Part shown: one piece after another, positions 17,611-24,747 of the stretch
Numbering within the stretch: the stretch's first letter is position 1
Layout of the letters: the number at the start of each line of letters is the position of its first letter
Source of the DNA: a virus
Lineage: Duplodnaviria; Caudoviricetes
IMG/VR virus record: IMGVR_UViG_3300011335_000224
Location: 1 to 35,499 of that record
Reading direction: 5' to 3' (one strand)
Length of the DNA stretch: 35,499 bases
Translations under genes and position numbers: made by a program
Notes under the pieces: generated by a model
What the model was told of the DNA's origin: nothing
Databases searched by the model: none
The model's input: the letters and a program-made list of their open reading frames with translations, nothing else

Positions 17611-18393
17611 ATGGACAAAGTATTAATCGCAATGGCGGTGCATGATACCGATGAAAACCAAAGGACAGAATTAACCGAAAGGGTACTTAATAGTCTATAC
17701 AATCAAGATATCTTTACGGACCATGATTTTTGGGTAGTAGATAATAACTCTTGTCAAGCAACAAAGGACATCCTTAAATTATGGGCAGAGGATGGGTACA
17801 TTAACCTTATCACAAATGAGCAGAATATAGGTACTGCGGAGGCGGTAAACCTTGCTTGGAAGCATAGAACAATTGGTCAACATTGTATCAAGATGGATAA
17901 CGATGTTACAATCAATTACCTTGACTGGGTAAAGGAAATGGCAGAAGCAATCCAAAGAGAAGCAAGAATAGGAATAGTAGGTTTAAAGCGGAAAGATTGT
18001 TGGGAAGAACCGAATCACGCTTTACCAGATTGGAGAAGTGAATTAATTATGCTTCCTCACATGGCAGGTCAAAGGTGGATGATAGTTGAAAAGTGCCATC
18101 ACATTATCGGCACTTGCCAAATGTACTCATCAGCATTGTTGGATAAAATTGGGTATCTTTACCAGCCTTCTCTCTATGGTTATGATGATGTTTTGGCATC
18201 TCATCGGTCAACAGTTGCAGGGATGTGGAATGTGTTTTTACCTCATATTGAGATTGACCACATTGACCCAGGAGAAACAACCTATCAATCTTGGAAGGAG
18301 AAACATAGTAGCGAAGTAACCCAACAAGTCATAAAGATTACTCATCAATATTATCAAGGAACAAGACCAATATATTATAATCCGTACCAATGA
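17611..18393 (+). CDS. GT-A fold glycosyltransferase (GT2-like)
   Basis: VVDNNS, NIGTAEAVN, DND (DxD motif), YGYDD. Confidence 0.85.
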   Translation: MDKVLIAMAVHDTDENQRTELTERVLNSLYNQDIFTDHDFWVVDNNSCQATKDILKLWAEDGYINLITNEQNIGTAEAVNLAWKHRTIGQHCIKMDNDVTINYLDWVKEMAEAIQREARIGIVGLKRKDCWEEPNHALPDWRSELIMLPHMAGQRWMIVEKCHHIIGTCQMYSSALLDKIGYLYQPSLYGYDDVLASHRSTVAGMWNVFLPHIEIDHIDPGETTYQSWKEKHSSEVTQQVIKITHQYYQGTRPIYYNPYQ

Positions 18394-19013
18394 AAATAAT
18401 TGTTTCACTTGATAATCCGAATCACCCAGGGTGGTTAAAATTAGAGGAATCACTCAAACGGCACGGATGGGAATATGTAACCATTGTCAAAGAGTGGAAA
18501 GGATTTGGAACTAAGATAATCGGATTGTATGAGCATCTTGTTAATGCTTATGATGATGATTTCATCTATCTTGATGCGTATGATAATTACTGCATTGCAC
18601 CTCCAGATGAGTTTAATTACAAACATAGAGGCGGTAGTGGTTTAATCATAAGTTCAGAAAAAGGATGTTACCCCGATTCAAATAATAGGGGAAAGTTCCC
18701 AACAGTACCTCACGAATGGAAGTACCTAAACTCAGGGCAGATATACGGCAGAAGGGAGGACTTTATGAAGTTGTTTGAACAGAACCCAGTGAAGTTTGAA
18801 GATGATGACCAAAGGTGGTACACCGACCGCTACCTTGAAAGGCGGTCAAGCATCAGTCTTGATTACTGCAATATCTTCCAATCCGTTGCATTTGAGGTTG
18901 AAGGTGACTTTACTTTGACCTACAACAGATTATATAATAATAAAACCCATACCTTCCCGATGTTTATACACGGCAACGGCAAAACGGATATGACTAAATT
19001 TTATCAACTATGA
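18390..19013 (+). CDS. PLOD/LH3-type glycosyltransferase domain protein
   Basis: DAYD, SEKGCYP, YLNSG, DDQ, IFQ and PMFIHGNG, in the order found in the procollagen lysyl-hydroxylase GT domain. Confidence 0.75.
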   Translation: MKIIVSLDNPNHPGWLKLEESLKRHGWEYVTIVKEWKGFGTKIIGLYEHLVNAYDDDFIYLDAYDNYCIAPPDEFNYKHRGGSGLIISSEKGCYPDSNNRGKFPTVPHEWKYLNSGQIYGRREDFMKLFEQNPVKFEDDDQRWYTDRYLERRSSISLDYCNIFQSVAFEVEGDFTLTYNRLYNNKTHTFPMFIHGNGKTDMTKFYQL

Positions 19014-19681
19014 TGGAAGCATTAGTGAAAGAATATACTGACAAGGTAAATGCTGACAAAGAACTCAAAGCATATCGGGATTGGATAGAAGCAAACGCTT
19101 TCGGGTTCGGAGAAAGATGCTTCCTTTGGATGTGGAATGAGATAGTAGGAAAGATGCCTGATGAGTTTACCTTTATGGAAATAGGAGTTTTCAGAGGGCA
19201 GATACTTGGACTTGTTAGTCTACTCGCAGAACGGCATGGTAAAAAGGTTAGGCGAATAGGAATAACGCCTCTTGACACTTCCGATGGGCATTGGGAATCT
19301 GACTATGAAGCAGACATAATAAGACTGCATGATGTGTTTAATATCAAAAATGATTACGAATTAATCCGTTTGGATTCAACCAACCCAAACGCAGTTAAGT
19401 TGGCAGGACAAAATCCTCCTGATGTACTTTACATTGATGGAGGACATACCTACGAAGTGGTTAAGTCAGACCTTACCAATTACCTTCCTATTCTCAAAGT
19501 AGGTGGCACACTGGTAATAGATGACTGCAACAATGCTATCCCGATGCCTTGGGGTTACTTTCAAGGTATTCAATCGGTATCACTTGCGGTTGATGAAGTC
19601 CTACCAAGAGAAGGAAGCACAGAATATTGGAAGCATGAGTTGAACTTGGTACATAACAGAGTATTAACTAAACTAAAATAA
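19010..19681 (+). CDS. SAM-dependent methyltransferase (Methyltransf_24-like)
   Basis: EIGVFRGQ; DVLYIDGGHTYEVVKSD...LKVGGTLVIDD. Confidence 0.85.
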   Translation: MMEALVKEYTDKVNADKELKAYRDWIEANAFGFGERCFLWMWNEIVGKMPDEFTFMEIGVFRGQILGLVSLLAERHGKKVRRIGITPLDTSDGHWESDYEADIIRLHDVFNIKNDYELIRLDSTNPNAVKLAGQNPPDVLYIDGGHTYEVVKSDLTNYLPILKVGGTLVIDDCNNAIPMPWGYFQGIQSVSLAVDEVLPREGSTEYWKHELNLVHNRVLTKLK

Positions 19682-20199
19682 TGAATCCTATTAAAGTTAA
19701 AATCAGCGAAGTAAAGTCTAACCCGAACAATCCAAGAATCATCAAGGATGATAAGTTCCAAAAGTTAGTCAAGTCTATTAAAGAGTTCCCTGAGATGCTA
19801 AACATCAGACCTATTGTGGTCAATGCTGATATGGTTGTACTCGGTGGCAATATGCGACTTAAGGCTTGTAAGGAAGCAGGCATTAAAGAGGTAGCAATCA
19901 TTAAAGCAGATGAACTGACTGATGAACAACAGAAGCAGTTTATCATTAAAGATAATGTTGGGTTCGGTGAATGGGATTGGGAGGACCTTGCAAACAACTG
20001 GGATGCTGAACAGTTAACAGATTGGGGGTTGGATATACCCGATTTTAAACATATTGAATCAGAGGACAGAGAAGATTTATCTGATAAGATTAAATCTGAA
20101 TTCAGAATAGAAGTTATCTGCAAAGATGAAACTGAGCAAGAACAGACATATAACAAACTCATTGAACAAAATTACGAATGCCGACTTTTAACATTATAA
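19681..20199 (+). CDS. ParB/sulfiredoxin-like N-terminal domain protein
   Basis: NPNNPR...LVKSIKEF...RPIVV...VLGGNMRLKAC...DN. Confidence 0.85.
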   Translation: MNPIKVKISEVKSNPNNPRIIKDDKFQKLVKSIKEFPEMLNIRPIVVNADMVVLGGNMRLKACKEAGIKEVAIIKADELTDEQQKQFIIKDNVGFGEWDWEDLANNWDAEQLTDWGLDIPDFKHIESEDREDLSDKIKSEFRIEVICKDETEQEQTYNKLIEQNYECRLLTL

Positions 20200-21254
20200 G
20201 AGAATCAAAACCAGCAAAAACCTTCAGGGTTGCATCAGTTATAGGTAAATTTGATTTATCTTCTGAGCATATAGTTGAGCAATTTACTGGGGATATTAAT
20301 ATACCAAATGAATGGCAAATAGGTCTGATAGTAGGCAAGTCAGGAACTGGTAAGACAACAATATCAAAAGAGTTATTCCCTGAATCTTATATTACAAATT
20401 TTGAATATAAGGAATCTTCTATACTTGATGATATGCCTAAGAATAAAAGTGTTGAAGAAATTACTTCAGCATTTAACTCAGTCGGTTTTTCAAGTCCTCC
20501 ATCTTGGTTAAAACCATATTCAGCATTAAGCAATGGCCAGAAAATGCGTGTTGATTTAGCAAACGCAATGCTATCAGATAATGAAATGTTTGTTTTTGAT
20601 GAGTTCACAAGTGTAGTTGATAGAAATGTGGCACAGATAGGTTCTTTTGCTATGCAGAAGGCAATAAGGAAAACAGATAAGAAGTTTATTGCAGTAACTT
20701 GTCATTTTGATGTAGAAGATTGGCTATTACCTGACTGGGTTTTTGATACAGATACTATGACCTTTCGCACTTGCGAGGGTCAAAAAAAAAATAGACCAGA
20801 AATTAAATTTGAGATATTCAGTACAAACGATAAGACAATATGGAAAATGTTTGCTAAACACCACTATTTAAGTCATACGCATCATGATGCTGCTTCTGTT
20901 TATGTAGCAGCAATTAATAATCAAATTGCAGGATTTTTAAGTGTTTTACATTTTCCTAATGCAGTACATAAAAATTTTAAAAAAGTGCATCGTTTAGTAA
21001 TATTACCCGATTATCAAGGAGCAGGATTTGGAGTAAAATTTTTAACAGAAATAGCAAAAAAATATAGAGAAGATAAGTACATATTTGGTATAACAACATC
21101 TTCGCCAAGTTTAATTTATAGTTTGAAAAAAAAGTTAGAATGGGTATGTATTCACTTCGGAAAGGTAACACCGCATAAAGGTTTATCGCAACTTAAAAAA
21201 ACTGCATCAACTAATAGATTAGTAGCATCATTTATGATAAAAACATCGGAATAA
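20178..21254 (+). CDS. ABC-family ATPase fused to GNAT acetyltransferase
   Basis: Walker A GKSGTGKT, signature LSNGQ, Walker B FVFDEF, H-loop TCH; C-terminal HHYL and RLVILPDYQGAGFG acetyl-CoA motif. Confidence 0.85.
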   Translation: MPTFNIIRESKPAKTFRVASVIGKFDLSSEHIVEQFTGDINIPNEWQIGLIVGKSGTGKTTISKELFPESYITNFEYKESSILDDMPKNKSVEEITSAFNSVGFSSPPSWLKPYSALSNGQKMRVDLANAMLSDNEMFVFDEFTSVVDRNVAQIGSFAMQKAIRKTDKKFIAVTCHFDVEDWLLPDWVFDTDTMTFRTCEGQKKNRPEIKFEIFSTNDKTIWKMFAKHHYLSHTHHDAASVYVAAINNQIAGFLSVLHFPNAVHKNFKKVHRLVILPDYQGAGFGVKFLTEIAKKYREDKYIFGITTSSPSLIYSLKKKLEWVCIHFGKVTPHKGLSQLKKTASTNRLVASFMIKTSE

Positions 21255-21263
21255 CATCGGAAT
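21242..21263 (+). repeat. Tandem 11-bp repeat AACATCGGAAT x2 at the terS start
   Basis: Two exact copies; the second overlaps ATG 21262. Confidence 0.8.
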
Positions 21264-21642
21264 GGCAAAGCAGATAAAGCAAGAACATGGCGGTAGTTTA
21301 ACCCGACCTGACAAGGGTGAAACAATGAACCCAAACGGCAGACCGAGGAAGTATGTTTCCTTACTCAAAGAGCAGGGATACAAACTGGCAGAGGTTAATG
21401 ACTGCATTCAAGCAATTATGTCAATGGATATGCAGGAACTCAAAGCGGTATGGGATAACCCGAAGGCAACAGTCTTGGAGAAAACAATTGCAGGTGCATT
21501 GAGGAAGTCATTGGAGAAGGGCAGCCTTTATTCAATTGATACCTTACTTACCAGAGTATATGGCAAACCGAAGGAAACTGCACATATTACAAATGATGGA
21601 AAGATTGAGGTGGTATTTACGAAGGGTAAAACGATTCTATGA
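21262..21642 (+). CDS. terS: Terminase small subunit
   Basis: KGETMNPNGRPR motif, RVYGKP; ATGA-coupled to terL. Confidence 0.75.
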   Translation: MAKQIKQEHGGSLTRPDKGETMNPNGRPRKYVSLLKEQGYKLAEVNDCIQAIMSMDMQELKAVWDNPKATVLEKTIAGALRKSLEKGSLYSIDTLLTRVYGKPKETAHITNDGKIEVVFTKGKTIL

Positions 21643-22796
21643 TTATTGAACTACCTGAACCACATACAAATCAAATCGGTATCATTGAATCAGATGCAAG
21701 GTTCAGAGTGGTCATGTGCGGAAGGAGGTTTGGCAAGTCAGAACTAAGTCAGGTAGAAATAATTAAGAATGCTATTGTAGGGCAATCCGTTGCCTATATT
21801 ACCCCTACTTATAACCTTGCAAAGACTTTCTTTGATAAACTTGCTAAAGCGGTTCCTTTTGCCTCTAATCGGTCAGATTTGACTATTGAGTTCCCGAATG
21901 GAGGTTCGGTTCAGTTTTTTACTGGGGAGAGGTTAGATAACCTGCGAGGAAGGAAGTTCCACCTGGTTGTGGTAGATGAAGCAAGTTTCATCCCTGACCT
22001 TGAAGGCGGTTGGTTAAATTCAATCAGACCTACCCTAACGGATTACAAGGGGAAGGCATTGTTCTTGTCTACCCCAAAGGGTAAAAACTACTTTTATTCT
22101 CTTTTTATGAAAGGAAACGGGGGTGAGGAAGATTGGGCATCCTTTAAGTTCAGCACCTATGATAACCCGTACATAGACAAATCTGAGGTAGATTCTGCAA
22201 GGATGCAACTACCTGAGGTGGTCTTTGAGCAGGAATATATGGCAAACCCTGCTGAGAATGCTGCCAACCCATTCGGTTCTGCATTTATAAGGCAGTGCAT
22301 TTACCCGATGTCTATTAACAAAATCGCTTGTTATGGTATTGACCTTGCAAAGTCGGTGGACTTTACAGTTATCACTGGATTAGATAAGAATGGTTCTGTA
22401 TGCCATTTTGAACGCTTCCAAAGGGATTGGAGGCAAACTAAGGAATATATCATCAATTTGCCTAAAGCACCAATCCTTATGGATTCTACTGGGGTAGGTG
22501 ACCCTATCTTTGAGGATATGCAAAGGGAGGGGTTAGATGTTCAAGGGTATAAGTTCAGTTCTACCTCAAAGCAGATGCTAATGGAGGGTCTTGCCTCTGC
22601 CATACACCAAAGGAAGATAACCTTCCCTCCAGGTCCTATTGTGGATGAACTTGAAATATTTGAGTATCAGTACACAAGTTACGGGGTAAAGTATTCAGCA
22701 CCCCAAGGATTCCATGATGACTGCGTGGTAAGTCTGTCCCTTGCTTGGCAACATCTTCAAAAGAATATGGGGAGTGGAAGGTATTCCTTTGCGTAA
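21639..22796 (+). CDS. terL: Terminase large subunit
   Basis: Walker A GRRFGKS, Walker B VVVDEA, STPKG, FEQEY, nuclease GIDLA and HDDCV. Confidence 0.95.
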   Translation: MIIELPEPHTNQIGIIESDARFRVVMCGRRFGKSELSQVEIIKNAIVGQSVAYITPTYNLAKTFFDKLAKAVPFASNRSDLTIEFPNGGSVQFFTGERLDNLRGRKFHLVVVDEASFIPDLEGGWLNSIRPTLTDYKGKALFLSTPKGKNYFYSLFMKGNGGEEDWASFKFSTYDNPYIDKSEVDSARMQLPEVVFEQEYMANPAENAANPFGSAFIRQCIYPMSINKIACYGIDLAKSVDFTVITGLDKNGSVCHFERFQRDWRQTKEYIINLPKAPILMDSTGVGDPIFEDMQREGLDVQGYKFSSTSKQMLMEGLASAIHQRKITFPPGPIVDELEIFEYQYTSYGVKYSAPQGFHDDCVVSLSLAWQHLQKNMGSGRYSFA

Positions 22797-22803
22797 AGCG
22801 GAT

Positions 22804-22854
22804 GTAAGCCTATAACTTGACAAAAGAATCGGTTTGGTAAGGGTATATACTTAC
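22804..22854. promoter_or_regulatory. Two imperfect 18-bp palindromes (candidate operators)
   Basis: GTAAGCCTATAACTTGAC (22804) and GTAAGGGTATATACTTAC (22837), starts 33 bp apart. Confidence 0.35.
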
Positions 22855-22860
22855 GAGGAA

Positions 22861-22881
22861 TCGGGGGGAAGTCGGGGGGAA
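22861..22881 (+). repeat. Tandem repeat TCGGGGGGAA x2 (11-bp period)
   Basis: Exact copies at 22861-22870 and 22872-22881. Confidence 0.75.
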
Positions 22882-22934
22882 ACTACTTTTTTTAAAATAC
22901 TTTGCTAAAATAGTTAGCATTTATGAAAAATAGT

Positions 22935-22942
22935 TATATTTG
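22935..22942 (+). promoter_or_regulatory. Bacteroidota -7 promoter element TATATTTG
   Basis: Exact TANNTTTG match in an AT-rich intergenic context, directly before a hairpin. Confidence 0.65.
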
Positions 22943-22947
22943 CATTG

Positions 22948-23044
22948 TCAATCCGAATAATAGATGCAATATGATTCGGGTTTGATTTTAGCAAACCTGC
23001 TACGATTAGACCCATACTGTTGCATCCAGTGTGGGTTCTTTTTT
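22948..23044 (+). ncRNA. Structured leader/attenuator B (hairpin loop complementary to terminator loop)
   Basis: Hairpin 22948-22985 with loop GATGCAA; small hairpin 22989-23002; terminator stem 23009-23019/23027-23037 with loop TTGCATC, then CTTTTTT. Confidence 0.7.
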
Positions 23045-23050
23045 GCCCAT

Positions 23051-23262
23051 ACTTGATAAATGCAAGTAGTCGCCTACCTCTCAAAGTTCTGAATTCAAGG
23101 AGTTTAAATCTGTTAAATGAAAAGAAGGATGTAACTTTTTCCCTTTTCAGCCGACTAACCCGATTACCTATGTGACGGAGTAGATGGTCAGTAGTTGTTT
23201 CCTATTGGGGGTAGGGGGCAACTTCTGTCCTGACCAACTTCCCTCATAACCTTGTTCGGGAG
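23051..23262 (+). ncRNA. Candidate multi-hairpin non-coding RNA
   Basis: No ORF of 60 aa or more; several helices, including a 14-bp G-U-rich stem 23193-23206/23210-23223 closed by GGTCAG/CTGACC. Confidence 0.45.
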
Positions 23263-23293
23263 TAGATAGATTATACACTTAACCACATTTAAA

Positions 23294-23300
23294 CTATTTA
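23294..23300 (+). promoter_or_regulatory. Candidate late promoter motif CTATTTA
   Basis: TACACT-N14-CTATTTA, 5 nt before ATG 23306. Confidence 0.5.
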
Positions 23301-23305
23301 GTAAT

Positions 23306-23983
23306 ATGACTTGGAATAATGTAACAGTATTTCAGTATCAGCAGATTAATGACATTTATGCTAATGCTAAGGACATGACCGACCTTGATTTATCGGTTAA
23401 GGTTGCATCTATTCTCAAGAACCTTACTGAGCATCAGATTGATTCTTTACCAGTTAAAGAACTTGGTCCATTGTTGGAAACTATATCTTTTGTTCATCAA
23501 GAAATCCAACCACAAGCAGTAGACTTCATTAAGGTAAATGGTAGGGTATACAAGTGTATTTACGATGTACGGAATATCCCTGCTGCGAGGTATATTGAAT
23601 CTAAGCACTTCAGTTCAGATGTAATGGGTAACCTTCACAAGATATTCGCTTGTATGGTTATACCTCAAAAAAAGACTTGGTTAGGTTGGAAGGATGATAA
23701 ATACGATGCGAGTAAGCATAGCGAATATGCTCAGGATATTCTTGAAGCACCAATAGTAAACGTACTTGGTTCGGTGGTTTTTTTTTATCAAGTTTACAGA
23801 CTTTGGATAAAGAATTCAAAGGATTATTTGGTGCAACAGATGATGGAGGGGGGAGTGACGGAGAAGAAAGCGGTAGAGGGATGGGAGGCTTTATGCAACA
23901 TTATGGATGGATTTATCAAACCAAGTTGGTTGCCGACTTTGAAGGCATCACACTTAACCAAGCATTTGACTTACCTACAATAA
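23306..23983 (+). CDS. Putative tail assembly chaperone (0-frame product)
   Basis: 225 aa; T9 slippery run followed by a long overlapping -1 frame. Confidence 0.6.
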   Translation: MTWNNVTVFQYQQINDIYANAKDMTDLDLSVKVASILKNLTEHQIDSLPVKELGPLLETISFVHQEIQPQAVDFIKVNGRVYKCIYDVRNIPAARYIESKHFSSDVMGNLHKIFACMVIPQKKTWLGWKDDKYDASKHSEYAQDILEAPIVNVLGSVVFFYQVYRLWIKNSKDYLVQQMMEGGVTEKKAVEGWEALCNIMDGFIKPSWLPTLKASHLTKHLTYLQ

Positions 23984-24066
23984 ACTTCCTCAATGACCTT
24001 GCCTACTTGAAAGCGAAGATGGAACATGATAACGAACTGATAAAGAAACAATATGGCAAGGCTTGA
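23785..24066 (+). CDS. -1 frameshift extension of the putative tail assembly chaperone (gpT-like)
   Basis: -1 frame is open from the T9 run (23778-23786) to TGA 24064-24066 and overlaps the next gene's start. Confidence 0.6.
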   Translation, partial: LSSLQTLDKEFKGLFGATDDGGGSDGEESGRGMGGFMQHYGWIYQTKLVADFEGITLNQAFDLPTINFLNDLAYLKAKMEHDNELIKKQYGKA

Positions 24067-24745
24067 CACGGATATAGTTATTAATGATGCTATTATCGCA
24101 TCCCAAGCAGCGAACAAGGAGGACTACCAAAAGTTAGGGCAGTTGCCATTCGTTGAAAGAACTATTATAAGGTTTGCCTCAATATTCATTAAAAGGGTTC
24201 AAGACAATCTTAAGAAGGCGAACAAGGTAGATACTGGAACCCTAAGCACGGACATTACCCAGGGGGATTTAATTAAGGAAGGTTCATCTTATTCGCTTGA
24301 CATTGGTTATCCTCAAAGTTCTGATGGTGCAAAGTATTATGACTTTGTAAATAAGGGGGTTAAGGGGTTCAAGTCAGGTCAACCCAATTCACCATACTCA
24401 TTTAAGTCTGCCTATCCATCTATGAATGGACCGATGGTTAATGCCATTCAAAAATGGGTGAAGCGGAATGCATTATCTCAAAGAAGGGAGGACCAAAAGT
24501 ATAATCTTAGTGGACTGCAAAAGAAACGAAAATCTGTTGCTCAGTTAAATACGGGAAGGACTACTGCATATCTGATTGCAAGGAAGATAAAGCAAAGAGG
24601 ATTACCCAAGACTGGGTTCTTTGACAATGCAGTAGACCAAGTCTTTAATCAGCAATTTTATGACAAGATGGGTAAGGCAGTAGGTGCTGATTTAGTAGTG
24701 TACATAAAACAAGCGAATTCGCTAATTAATCAAGAGAACAAGTAA
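24053..24745 (+). CDS. Putative neck/tail completion protein (HK97 gp10-like)
   Basis: VDTGTL..DI and YYDFVNKG patterns; basic. Confidence 0.5.
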   Translation: MARLDTDIVINDAIIASQAANKEDYQKLGQLPFVERTIIRFASIFIKRVQDNLKKANKVDTGTLSTDITQGDLIKEGSSYSLDIGYPQSSDGAKYYDFVNKGVKGFKSGQPNSPYSFKSAYPSMNGPMVNAIQKWVKRNALSQRREDQKYNLSGLQKKRKSVAQLNTGRTTAYLIARKIKQRGLPKTGFFDNAVDQVFNQQFYDKMGKAVGADLVVYIKQANSLINQENK

Positions 24746-24747
24746 TT

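Noticed and set aside
15719-19681. The two methyltransferases as DNA methyltransferases
   Set aside because: They lack DPPY/NPPY or PC catalytic motifs and resemble small-molecule or sugar methyltransferases.
20178-20780. ABC transporter
   Set aside because: No permease or substrate-binding gene nearby, and the ATPase is fused to a GNAT domain.
22863-23218. G-quadruplex from the G-tracts
   Set aside because: Tracts occur only in pairs about 330 bp apart, and the second pair is accounted for by a hairpin.
22797-23305. CRISPR mini-array or tRNA in the large intergenic region
   Set aside because: No repeat-spacer periodicity and no cloverleaf with a T-loop consensus was found by eye.
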